Assembly: GCA_041662765.1 (NCBI GenBank)
Contig: JBAZRT010000001.1
Coordinates: 1 to 47,364, forward strand
Source of the DNA: Parcubacteria group bacterium
Lineage (GTDB): Bacteria > Patescibacteriota > Minisyncoccia > Moranbacterales > UBA11712
DNA length: 47,364 bases
Direction of reading: 5' to 3'
Positions 1-7,976 of this stretch are shown in pieces (within the stretch, counting starts at the first letter, position 1; the number at the start of each line of letters is the position of its first letter). A program made the translations under genes and the position numbers. The notes below the pieces were generated by a model, which was not told the origin of the DNA, did not search any database, and worked only from the letters and a program-made list of their open reading frames with translations.

Positions 1-20
1 CTGCAAGCAAAAGCGCGCCG

Positions 21-419
21 GTGAGAAGCGCGCAACCTGTCCAATCTGTCCATGGATCAGACGACACTCGCACGATGTATCCCGCGAAATGCGCCACTTG
101 CGAAGCGGATATTCAAGTTCCGTTCAAACCGGATGCTTCGCGGCCGACTTTTTGCAAGGATTGCCTCAAGGACTATCAGCGCCAGCAAGCGCGTGTTCAG
201 CAAACGAAAAACGCAAGAGAGGAGAAACCGGTCAGAAGGCCTGGCGTATCATCAAGAAGCGAGGCCGACCGGCCGCGGCAAACTTTGACTATGAGCGAAG
301 CGACCAAGATGCAGCCCAGAAATTTCCGCCGCGAAAACAACCGCGAAAAGAAAAAAGTGGATCTTGTGGGAGTGAGAAGCCTGATCAAAGAAAGTTTGGA
401 TTCGAAAAATGGCAAATAA
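21..419 (+). CDS. CxxC-x17-CxxC zinc-ribbon domain protein; the 5' end is uncertain
   Basis: The motif CATC-x17-CKDC (..VPFKPDASRPTFCKDC..) is followed by a basic R/K-rich tail. The frame is open to the window edge and the first ATG is at 75. The stop overlaps the mnmA start by 11 nt. Confidence 0.6.
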   Translation: MRSAQPVQSVHGSDDTRTMYPAKCATCEADIQVPFKPDASRPTFCKDCLKDYQRQQARVQQTKNAREEKPVRRPGVSSRSEADRPRQTLTMSEATKMQPRNFRRENNREKKKVDLVGVRSLIKESLDSKNGK

Positions 420-1431
420 AAAAGTTCTCATTGCTCTTTCCGGCGGGGTGGACTCGGCGGTGAGCGCGGCGCTTCTCAAAAAACAGGGATTTCAGATCGT
501 TGGCGTCTTTTTTCGTTTTTTTGACGGATCAAGCGCCAAAAAGTCCTTGAGAAAAGCGAAAAAAGTAGCCGAAAGTCTCGACATTGATCTCGAGGTTGTT
601 GATGTCCGCAAAGAGTTCAAGAAAAAAATAGTCGATTATTTCATTGATTCATACAGAAAAGGCGTTACGCCGAATCCGTGCGTGGTTTGCAACAAGGAGA
701 TGAAATTCCGATCGCTGTTTGATTTGATGAAAGAATATAAAGCTGATTTTGTCGCAACCGGGCACTATGCCCGCAACGACAAACTCAAACTTCTTGAAGC
801 CAAGGACAAAACCAAAGACCAATCATATTTTCTGTACAGACTGGCCCAACGGGAATTGGCGAAAATTGTTTTTCCGCTCGGCGGTTTTGAAAAAACCGAA
901 ACGAGGAGAATAGCGAAGAAAATGAAACTGCCTGTTTTTGGGAACAAAGAGTCGCAAGATGTTTGCTTTTTGGCTGATAGCGGCATAAATCAATTCTTGC
1001 AAAAAAACATCAAGCTGCAGCCCGGAAATATCATCGATGAAAAGGGAAGCGTGCTCGCAAAGCACAAGGGACTGCCTTTTTATACCATCGGCCAGAGAAA
1101 AGGAATTGAAATTGGCGCAGCCGGGCCGTATTTCGTAATTGGAAAAAATTCAAGAAAAAATGAGCTTGTTGTTTCAAATGATCCGAAAAAGTTGCTTGTG
1201 AGAAAATTTTTCGTCAGCAAGGTCAATTGGATAAACAAAAAAACGAAACTGCCGCTCAGCGCTCAAATTCAGATCCGTTATCATGCCGAGAAGATTTCTG
1301 CTATAATCAAGTCAGGCAAGCCGGGGAAATTGATCGTCGAAACCAAAAAGCCTTTGCGGGCGGTGATGAAGGGCCAATCGGCGGTTTTCTATAAAAACAA
1401 AGAAGTTCTTGGGGGCGGGATAATTGCTTAA
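409..1431 (+). CDS. mnmA: tRNA 2-thiouridine(34) synthase MnmA
   Basis: It has the N-terminal PP-loop VLIALSGGVDSAVSAALL, plus NPCVVCN, ATGHYAR, KDQSYFL and a conserved C-terminal barrel. Its 340 aa is typical of MnmA. Confidence 0.9.
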   Translation: MANKKVLIALSGGVDSAVSAALLKKQGFQIVGVFFRFFDGSSAKKSLRKAKKVAESLDIDLEVVDVRKEFKKKIVDYFIDSYRKGVTPNPCVVCNKEMKFRSLFDLMKEYKADFVATGHYARNDKLKLLEAKDKTKDQSYFLYRLAQRELAKIVFPLGGFEKTETRRIAKKMKLPVFGNKESQDVCFLADSGINQFLQKNIKLQPGNIIDEKGSVLAKHKGLPFYTIGQRKGIEIGAAGPYFVIGKNSRKNELVVSNDPKKLLVRKFFVSKVNWINKKTKLPLSAQIQIRYHAEKISAIIKSGKPGKLIVETKKPLRAVMKGQSAVFYKNKEVLGGGIIA

Positions 1432-1440
1432 GATCCAAAT

Positions 1441-1752
1441 ATGGGAATACTCGATGATTATAAAAGCGATAATGAAGCAGCGGATGAGGAATCTTCCACG
1501 AGCGATCCAAGTGAGGCTCGCCGAAAACGCCTGGATATCGAACGGCAAATCGTGATTTTGGATGCGGATCTCAAAAAAATTCTGCGGGAAATCGAAGACC
1601 TTGAGGTTCAGAAACGGAAATTCAAAAAAGAAGAGGAACGCATTCGCATCGATCGAGACGATCTTGAAAAAACGCTCAAGAAAATAGGTACGAACCGGAT
1701 GTTTTTGGAAGAGGAGCTGCGAGGACTCAAAAAAAAGCTGAAATCGCTGTAG
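1441..1752 (+). CDS. Hypothetical coiled-coil protein (103 aa)
   Basis: The ORF has an acidic N-terminus followed by a heptad-like K/E/L-rich sequence. It is followed by a hairpin terminator. Confidence 0.5.
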   Translation: MGILDDYKSDNEAADEESSTSDPSEARRKRLDIERQIVILDADLKKILREIEDLEVQKRKFKKEEERIRIDRDDLEKTLKKIGTNRMFLEEELRGLKKKLKSL

Positions 1753-1784
1753 TAAAACCTTTTGAAAAAAAGACATATTTTCGG

Positions 1785-1816
1785 CTGTTCCGGGGCGCGT
1801 CCGGGGCAGTTTTTTC
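1785..1816 (+). terminator. Rho-independent terminator
   Basis: The hairpin ctgttccgggg-cgcg-tccggggcag has about 10 bp, including G-U pairs, and is followed by TTTTTTC. Confidence 0.6.
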
Positions 1817-1873
1817 TTTACATTCTTCAAGAAATTTGCTATTTTCATAATACTAAACACTAGAAACCAAAAA

Positions 1874-3694
1874 ATGACTGCAAACGAACTTCGCCAAAAA
1901 TATCTCGATTTTTTCAAAGAAAAAGGGCATGCGATCATTCCTTCGGCGCCTTTGGTGCCGGAAAATGATCCGACAGTGCTTTTCACGACCGCCGGAATGC
2001 ATCCGCTCGTTCCTTTTTTGATGGGTGAAAAACATCCGCTGGGAACGCGGCTTGCCAATGTCCAAAAATGCGTGCGAACTCCCGACATTGATGATGTGGG
2101 CGACAACCGGCATCTCACTTTTTTTGAAATGATGGGAAACTGGTCGCTCGGAGACTATTTCAAAAAAGAAGCGATCGAATGGAGCTTTGAGTTCTTGACC
2201 TCAGAAAAATGGCTTGGGCTTGATCCGCGCCGGCTCTATGTCACCGTTTTCGAAGGCGACGACGATGCGCCTCTTGACCAGGAATCGATCAATATCTGGC
2301 AAGAACAATTCAAAAAAGCCGGGATCGAAGCGAAAGTGGCCGAGAACGGGATCGTGGACTATGAAAAAAGAATAGTCCCGCTCGGGAAAGACGACAATTG
2401 GTGGGGACCGGCAGGGGAAACGGGACCGTGCGGGCCTGACAGCGAGATGTTCTATGATGTTTCGCCGGAAGATGGAGCGGTCGAAGGAAAATTCGGGGAT
2501 CTCAACGGTCCGCGATTGGTGGAGATATGGAATGATGTTTTCATGGAATACAACAAAAAAGCGGACGGAACTTTTGAAAAATTGGTTCAGCAAAATGTGG
2601 ATACCGGCATGGGTCTTGAGCGGACCCTTGTGACGCTGACGGGAAAAGAAAGTGTTTTTGAAACGGATATATTCCAGCCGATAATCAGAAAAGTCGAAGA
2701 AATATCTGGGAAGGAGTACAAAGAAGAAGAAAATCAAAAAGCAATGCGGATCATTTCCGATCACTTGCGAACCGCGACTTTCATGATCGCGGACGGAGTT
2801 GCGCCTTCGAACGTGGAAAGGGGATATATTTTGCGCCGGCTCATTCGCCGCGCCATCCGGCAGGGAAAAATTCTGGGGATCGAAAACAATTTTGCGGCAA
2901 AGATCGCGGAAGTGGTGATCTCTGAATACAAAGACGCCTATCCCGAGCTCGAGCGCGAAACGGAAAAGATCACCGAGGAGCTGAATCAGGAAGAAGTGAG
3001 ATTCCGAGAAACGCTTGAGAAAGGGCTCAAAAAGATAAAAGAAATCATTGCTGAGAGCCGCAAAGAGGAGCAAATTTCCGGAGAAAAGGCTTTTTATCTT
3101 TTTTCCACTTTTGGTTTCCCGCTGGAGCTGACGAAAGAAATCGCGAGTGAACACGATATGGCCGTTGATGAGGAAGGTTTTCACGAAGAATTCAAAAAGC
3201 ACCAGGAGCTTTCAAGGACTGTGTCAGCCGGAATGTTCAAGGGCGGACTGGCTGATGCGGGAGAAAATTCTGCAAAGTTGCACACGGCGACTCATTTGCT
3301 TTTGGCGGCGCTTCGAAAAGTTTTGGGAGAAAATGTTTCTCAAAAAGGATCAAACATCACAGGCGAAAGGCTGCGCCTTGATTTTTCCCATGACAAAAAA
3401 ATGACGCCGGAAGAGATCGAAAAAACAGAAAGCCTCGTGAACGAAGCGATCTCAAAAAATATTGAAGTCAAATGCGCCGAGATGACGCTTGAAGACGCGC
3501 AAAAAACCGGCGCGATCGGAGTTTTCGGCGAAAAATATGGAGAAAAAGTAAAAGTATATTCCATCTATGACTTTTCGACCGAGATCTGCGGCGGACCGCA
3601 TGCAGGATCGACAGGCGAGCTCGGCACGTTCAAGATCACGAAAGAAGAAGCCTCAAGCGCTGGAGTCAGAAGAATCAAAGCGGTGCTGGATTAA
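1874..3694 (+). CDS. alaS: Alanine--tRNA ligase, short form (606 aa) ending after the editing domain
   Basis: The class II AlaRS N-terminus is present (LRQKYLDFFKEKGHAIIPSAPLVP, FTTAGM, QKCVR, GNWSLGDYFK). The editing-domain motifs HTATHLL and CGGPH are also present. Nothing follows the editing domain, so the C-Ala/DHHA1-like part is missing. Confidence 0.9.
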   Translation: MTANELRQKYLDFFKEKGHAIIPSAPLVPENDPTVLFTTAGMHPLVPFLMGEKHPLGTRLANVQKCVRTPDIDDVGDNRHLTFFEMMGNWSLGDYFKKEAIEWSFEFLTSEKWLGLDPRRLYVTVFEGDDDAPLDQESINIWQEQFKKAGIEAKVAENGIVDYEKRIVPLGKDDNWWGPAGETGPCGPDSEMFYDVSPEDGAVEGKFGDLNGPRLVEIWNDVFMEYNKKADGTFEKLVQQNVDTGMGLERTLVTLTGKESVFETDIFQPIIRKVEEISGKEYKEEENQKAMRIISDHLRTATFMIADGVAPSNVERGYILRRLIRRAIRQGKILGIENNFAAKIAEVVISEYKDAYPELERETEKITEELNQEEVRFRETLEKGLKKIKEIIAESRKEEQISGEKAFYLFSTFGFPLELTKEIASEHDMAVDEEGFHEEFKKHQELSRTVSAGMFKGGLADAGENSAKLHTATHLLLAALRKVLGENVSQKGSNITGERLRLDFSHDKKMTPEEIEKTESLVNEAISKNIEVKCAEMTLEDAQKTGAIGVFGEKYGEKVKVYSIYDFSTEICGGPHAGSTGELGTFKITKEEASSAGVRRIKAVLD

Positions 3695-3722
3695 GAAAAT
3701 TTCCATTTTGAAAATTTTAAAA

Positions 3723-3757
3723 GCCATTCGGAAGAGGTTGCCCGAATGGCCTTTTTT
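3723..3757. terminator. Bidirectional hairpin terminator between convergent genes
   Basis: GCCATTCGG (3723-3731) pairs with CCGAATGGC (3742-3750). A T-run follows on the + strand and TTTT follows on the - strand. Confidence 0.65.
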
Positions 3758-3766
3758 GTCCCCAAA

Positions 3767-4093
3767 CTATTTTGAGGAAATAGACAGGAGACGAAGGAAA
3801 GAAATAATACAATTTCCGTTTCCGGCTGGTTTCAGCTGGACATAGATGGGCTGTTCGCGTTCAGCGGCGGCCATCAAGGGAAGTTGGTACAACTCCAGGT
3901 TCAAAATGTTTTGGATGAAGAATGTCCCTACTCGATCTGACACCGCCAGGGAATCTTCGCCGATGCCGGCAACCAGGCCGGCAATTGCAAAGGGCTTCTT
4001 GAGCTCGTCGGTCGTTTGGCTCCCGGCGTTGGCCGCCGGACAGGCGAGACCAAAAAGGAAGACAAAAACGAGAATAAACAAGGTGTTTTTCAA
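3767..4093 (-). CDS. Small secreted hypothetical protein (108 aa)
   Basis: It has the N-terminal signal peptide MKNTLFILVFVFLFGLACPAANA. No recognisable domain was seen. Confidence 0.5.
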   Translation of the reverse strand: MKNTLFILVFVFLFGLACPAANAGSQTTDELKKPFAIAGLVAGIGEDSLAVSDRVGTFFIQNILNLELYQLPLMAAAEREQPIYVQLKPAGNGNCIISFLRLLSISSK

Positions 4094-4176
4094 CTTTTCT
4101 ATCCTCCTGGTCGCAAGATGCTTTTACTATGGAGAAATATCCGCAATTTGTCAAAATATTCGCGATGCGGCAAAGA

Positions 4177-4833
4177 TCATTGGTTTTTCAAATATTTCTT
4201 GAAGAGATAGAGGAAATAGCTGAAAAACAGAAGAAGAAGGGCGATCCCGCCGGCAAAAAGAACATAGTTTTTTTGGACCAGCGCCTGTCCGGCATAGGCG
4301 GTGATGAAAGCGAAAATTATTTCGCCCAGCGTGATCGTGAGAAAATATTTGAGAAAATTGTAGCGCAAGGTTCCAAGGGTATAATTGGGCACTTCGGACG
4401 GCATCGACATAATGAAAAAGAAAACCAGCTTGAACTGGGCGTTCGGCGGGATTTTTTTGCGATAATAGTCGATTTTTTCAAGCGACGCAAATCTTTTGAG
4501 GATCGGATTTCCCGCGTAGTATCCGATGATATAGCTCAAAACGTCTCCGATCATCCAGCCGGCCAGAAGATAGAGCGCCACGGGGTTGCTTCCCCAAACG
4601 ATGACGGCGATCGGCACCAGAGGCGCGGACGAAAAAGAAGAAAGCATCGTGGACAAAGTTCCGAGACCAATAAAAACAAAAATGCTCAAAAACTCGTGTT
4701 CTCGGGTCAGATTTTCAAAGAGAGGCACGATTTTCGCGAAAAACGCCTGGAATTGGACAGAAGACCAGATCAAAAATCCGATGAAAAAGAAAGAAATAGT
4801 GATGGCAATATTTCTTTTGCTGAAGAGTTTCAT
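4177..4833 (-). CDS. DedA / VTT (SNARE-associated) family membrane protein
   Basis: The protein is polytopic and hydrophobic. Its core APLVPIAVIVWG...LLAGWMIGDVLSYIIGYYAG..ILKRF is typical of the TVP38/DedA family. Confidence 0.75.
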   Translation of the reverse strand: MKLFSKRNIAITISFFFIGFLIWSSVQFQAFFAKIVPLFENLTREHEFLSIFVFIGLGTLSTMLSSFSSAPLVPIAVIVWGSNPVALYLLAGWMIGDVLSYIIGYYAGNPILKRFASLEKIDYYRKKIPPNAQFKLVFFFIMSMPSEVPNYTLGTLRYNFLKYFLTITLGEIIFAFITAYAGQALVQKNYVLFAGGIALLLLFFSYFLYLFKKYLKNQ

Positions 4834-4889
4834 TGAATATGATTATACAGCAAAAAAAATCCAAGAGCAATTGGAGTTTTTGGCGAATA

Positions 4890-4924
4890 TGAAAAGGCCG
4901 TCCGGTGGTGCGCCGGGCGGCCTT
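4890..4924 (-). terminator. Hairpin terminator downstream of the small minus-strand gene
   Basis: AAGGCCGTCCGG (4894-4905) pairs with CCGGGCGGCCTT (4913-4924) in a 12-bp stem. On the - strand it is followed by TTTTC. Confidence 0.5.
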
Positions 4925-4974
4925 GGGGTCTTTTTGTTTATAATATTTTCTGGAAAGAACTGCGAGGCGATGCC

Positions 4975-5208
4975 TCAAACGGCAGCGATTTTCAGGGGAA
5001 TCGCCCCTTTGAGGCGATATCTGGATCCGTACTCTTTTCTCAACACGGCATGGGCTTCTTTTTGGGCAACTCTCCTGGCGTCGCGATTTGTCTTGCACTC
5101 AGCCAGTTCGGCGATCTCGAGGTCGAGCCGGTGCTCTTTCCTGCTCTGGCCAGGGCGAGTAAAACGAACCAGGACCACTTTGCCGAAACGTTGTTCAGTC
5201 TCACGCAT
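4975..5208 (-). CDS. Small basic hypothetical protein (77 aa from the ATG at 5208; the ORF extends to 5388)
   Basis: The locally GC-richer ORF reads MRETEQRFGKVVLVRFTRPGQSRKEHRLDLEIAELAE... A GAAGG lies about 11 nt upstream of the internal ATG. The longer N-terminal extension is covered by a 15-bp inverted repeat, so the start is uncertain. Confidence 0.4.
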   Translation of the reverse strand: MRETEQRFGKVVLVRFTRPGQSRKEHRLDLEIAELAECKTNRDARRVAQKEAHAVLRKEYGSRYRLKGAIPLKIAAV

Positions 5209-5537
5209 GACGGGTGCCTTCTTGGTAGTGTGGTGGAATTCTGTGATTTCTATGCTAGCAAATTCCTTGATTTTTGTCCATACCAACGGCAGCGAAAATT
5301 TATTTGACCGCTCCTCACCATTTTTTGTCTTGCAGCTATTGAAAAATGTATTACAACATAAAAATGGTGAGGAGGTGAACTTATCCACAGCTCCCTGGTT
5401 TGCATTCCGCGTTTTTTTTTTGCTTTGATGGGTATAGAAATAAAAACGACAAGCGAAAGGGACAAATCAGGAGGTCTTTTTTCTTTGTGCAAAAATGAAA
5501 TAATAATGCTGATTTGTGAAATACGGTGCAAATCGAA

Positions 5538-5589
5538 AGCCAACGCAAGGATGTTATCGTGGGGATAACAATTTTGCGCTGGCTTTTTT
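5538..5589 (+). terminator. Terminator-like compound hairpin in the region upstream of the TasA-like genes
   Basis: AGCCA+CGCAA (5538-5548) pairs with TTGCG+TGGCT (5574-5584). This encloses GTTATC/GATAAC and is followed by TTTTTT. Confidence 0.45.
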
Positions 5590-5790
5590 GTTATACGCAA
5601 ATCCGGAAATATTTTTTCCAATTGCGTGGATGAAAAAATAAGCAGCTGATATTCATGCCCTCTCAAGAGGGCAAGCCAATGCTGGAGGGCATAAAAATTT
5701 TGCTGCTTAATTATATATAAAAGCCACAAAGGTCGAAGGCGACTGGCTGCCTGTAAATGCGGAAATATAATCAATGAATAAAAAAATATT

Positions 5791-6324
5791 ATGAAAAACA
5801 TAATCAAAAGTCTCGTGATTGTCTTCGCCGTCGCGGCAATTGCCGGAGGAGCGACATACGCGTACTTCAACGATTCAAAAACTATCTCCAATAACACCTT
5901 TTCAGCTGGAACATTAACTCTCGACGTGACTTCTGGCGGCTCGATTCCATTCAGCTTCACAAATATGAAACCGGGAGACACCGGCGATCAGACATTTACA
6001 ATTGCGAACTCAGGGACAATCAATGGAGCGCTGAGTTTGACTGCGTTCAATGTTACGAATACGGGTGGCAAAGACAGCGTTGGAAATCTTGGAGATGCGG
6101 TATTGGTAAGTTTTCTGGATTCAAGCAATAACGTAATTGTTTCGCCAATGACATTGAATAATTTGGCCGCAGCAATCAGTTCTCTACCACAGGCGCTTGA
6201 TAACCTAAATGCAGCCACTTCGATGACTTATAAATTGCATTGGGAGCTTCCTTCAGGTACAGGAAATGAAGTTCAGGGCGATAGCGCAGTTATGAATGCA
6301 ACATTGAATCTCCAGCAAATCTAA
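5791..6324 (+). CDS. TasA/camelysin-like secreted protein with a SipW-type signal peptide (177 aa)
   Basis: The N-terminus MKNIIKSLVIVFAVAAIAGGATYAYFNDSKTISNNTFSAGTLTLDV parallels the B. subtilis TasA pre-sequence (..GGGTWAAFNDIKSKDATFASGTLDLSA). MKPGD..TIANSG follows. Confidence 0.8.
   Translation: MKNIIKSLVIVFAVAAIAGGATYAYFNDSKTISNNTFSAGTLTLDVTSGGSIPFSFTNMKPGDTGDQTFTIANSGTINGALSLTAFNVTNTGGKDSVGNLGDAVLVSFLDSSNNVIVSPMTLNNLAAAISSLPQALDNLNAATSMTYKLHWELPSGTGNEVQGDSAVMNATLNLQQI
5839..5915 (+). repeat. 77-nt block identical to 6435..6511 (copy 1)
   Basis: The sequence attgccggaggagcgacatacgcg...cagctggaacatt is identical in both TasA-like genes. Flanking codons differ. Confidence 0.9.
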
Positions 6325-6386
6325 TAGCGATATCCTAATAAAAGGATATATTTAATTTAGAATAAAACTAGAAAGGAAGGTGAATT

Positions 6387-7037
6387 ATGAAAAGAATAAT
6401 CAAAAGTCTGGTGGTGGTTTTTGCAGTCGCGGCGATTGCCGGAGGAGCGACATACGCGTACTTCAACGATTCAAAAACTATCTCCAATAACACCTTTTCA
6501 GCTGGAACATTGAGTATTGAATTGGATGCCAATGGAATCGTTAATAATAATTCCACAACCCCAACATTACCTGTTTCACTCACAAATCTCTATCCTGGAT
6601 ACAACAGCGCAGATACGGGAAACTATTATTACCCAGCTGTTGCCAATACGGGATCGCTTGATTTCAATTGGAAATTTGGCTTAATTCAAACCTCCAATGT
6701 TCCTGGGCCTAATCATGGTAACCTTAATGATGTTCTCCAAGTAAAAATTGAGGAAAGCTTGGAAAATGGTGGGCCATGGGCCTATCCTGCTGGAGGATCA
6801 TTTAACTGCCAAAATTCTGTTATTTGGTCGCCCATTACCTATCCAAATACAACCAATGTGGTTGTATATGATGGAAATGTTTCCGCTTATTCAGGTGCGG
6901 TTGATATGGGAACATTGGCGCCTGGAAAAGGCAGATGTTATCGAATGAGTTTTAGTCTGGATTCTTCTGTTGGTAATCCCTATCAAGGTTCTAGCGCGGA
7001 ATACACGATCGGTGTTGACGCTGAGTCTATTCATTAG
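6387..7037 (+). CDS. TasA/camelysin-like secreted protein with a SipW-type signal peptide, paralog 2 (216 aa)
   Basis: Its signal and N-terminal module is nearly identical to the one at 5791 (MKRIIKSLVVVFAVAAIAGGATYAYFNDSKTISNNTFSAGTL). The mature part is divergent. Confidence 0.8.
   Translation: MKRIIKSLVVVFAVAAIAGGATYAYFNDSKTISNNTFSAGTLSIELDANGIVNNNSTTPTLPVSLTNLYPGYNSADTGNYYYPAVANTGSLDFNWKFGLIQTSNVPGPNHGNLNDVLQVKIEESLENGGPWAYPAGGSFNCQNSVIWSPITYPNTTNVVVYDGNVSAYSGAVDMGTLAPGKGRCYRMSFSLDSSVGNPYQGSSAEYTIGVDAESIH
6435..6511 (+). repeat. 77-nt block identical to 5839..5915 (copy 2)
   Basis: Direct comparison of the two gene starts shows the blocks are identical. Confidence 0.9.
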
Positions 7038-7063
7038 GTCGATAGGTTGATCCAATCTCTTTT

Positions 7064-7130
7064 CACTCCGCGTTTTTTACGCGGGGTGAGTAGAGCGAGG
7101 AATCACCGATGCAAAGCATCGGAATTTCCA
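7064..7130 (+). terminator. Two tandem hairpins, a possible partial terminator after the TasA-like genes
   Basis: CACTCCGCG/CGCGGGGTG (7064-7088) forms the first hairpin. CCGATGC-AAA-GCATCGG (7106-7122) forms the second and is followed by AATTTCCAATTTC. Confidence 0.4.
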
Positions 7131-7165
7131 ATTTCAAAATCCCAATTTCCAATAAAATAAAAAAA

Positions 7166-7366
7166 ATGGAAAAAATACCAGGAGATAAGCAGGAAGAAAT
7201 AGCGCCGCAAGAAAAGCCCAAAAAGAAAATGATCAAAATAATTTGTTCAGAATGCAAAGCTTATTTGGGAGAAAAAGAGGGAGTGGAGACCGACAGGGAC
7301 ATCACGCACAGCTATTGTGAAAAGTGCAAAAACGAAGCTTTAGCCGAGCTGGAGAAATATAAGTAA
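7166..7366 (+). CDS. Small zinc-ribbon-like protein (66 aa)
   Basis: The motif CSEC-x20-CEKC follows a K/E-rich N-terminus. The ORF lies between the TasA-like genes and sipW. The start is uncertain because no clear SD was seen. Confidence 0.45.
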   Translation: MEKIPGDKQEEIAPQEKPKKKMIKIICSECKAYLGEKEGVETDRDITHSYCEKCKNEALAELEKYK

Positions 7367-7378
7367 TTTTTTGGAACA

Positions 7379-7966
7379 ATGAAAAAAATCGCAAAAATTT
7401 TTAAGATTGCAATCAATACAATTCTCGTCCTGCTGGTTCTCCTGGGCGTGTTTGTCGTGTTCTCATTCGTGCCGTTTCCGGGAAACTACAAAGTTTTCAC
7501 CGTGCAATCCGGTTCCATGGAGCCGACGATTCACACCGGGAGCATGATTTTTGTGAAGCCGGAAGCGGATTATAACGTCGGAGACATCATCACCAAACGA
7601 ACAGATGATTCAAAGATGACAGTAACGCACAGAATTGTTTCAAAAGAAGAACTGCAGGGGAAAGTTGCGTTTGAAACGAAAGGTGACGCGAACCAATCGG
7701 CCGATGGAGAGAAATTCACCAAAGAGGGGATCATTGGAAAGGAAATTTTCAAATTGCCGTATATCGGTTTTCCGGTGGGATACGCAAAGACCACTCCGGG
7801 ACTCATTTTGCTCATCATTATTCCGGCGGTGATTATTGTTTATGACGAAATGAATAAGATAAAAGACGAGATCAAGAAAAAGATTGATTATCGAAAAAGA
7901 GCCAAAAAGAGAGAGGAAAATAGCATTATATCTGATGATATTGAAGAAAAAAAAGAGGAAATATAA
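7379..7966 (+). CDS. sipW: Signal peptidase I, SipW (archaeal/ER) type
   Basis: An N-terminal TM segment is followed by VQSGSMEPTIHTGSMIFV (catalytic Ser box), VTHRIV, and ETKGDANQSADG (the KGDAN box of S26B enzymes). There is also a C-terminal TM segment. Confidence 0.85.
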   Translation: MKKIAKIFKIAINTILVLLVLLGVFVVFSFVPFPGNYKVFTVQSGSMEPTIHTGSMIFVKPEADYNVGDIITKRTDDSKMTVTHRIVSKEELQGKVAFETKGDANQSADGEKFTKEGIIGKEIFKLPYIGFPVGYAKTTPGLILLIIIPAVIIVYDEMNKIKDEIKKKIDYRKRAKKREENSIISDDIEEKKEEI

Positions 7967-7976
7967 ATCCGTGATC

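Noticed and set aside
1312-3202. Long minus-strand ORFs (1312..2118, 2201..3202) lie opposite alaS and the coiled-coil gene.
   Set aside because: They are antisense shadows of a confidently identified AlaRS. Their translations are low-complexity and rich in F/R/S, with no motifs.
4129-5428. Plus-strand ORFs at 4129..4836 (235 aa) and 4586..5428 (280 aa).
   Set aside because: The first is antisense to the DedA-family gene, which has convincing membrane topology. The second crosses a 12-bp terminator hairpin and the small basic-protein gene. Both translations are R/K/E-rich with no structure to them.
5250-5981. A 243-aa minus-strand ORF spans the upstream region and start of the first TasA-like gene.
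   Set aside because: It overlaps the clear TasA-like signal-peptide coding region in antisense. It also crosses a terminator-like hairpin, and no motifs were seen.
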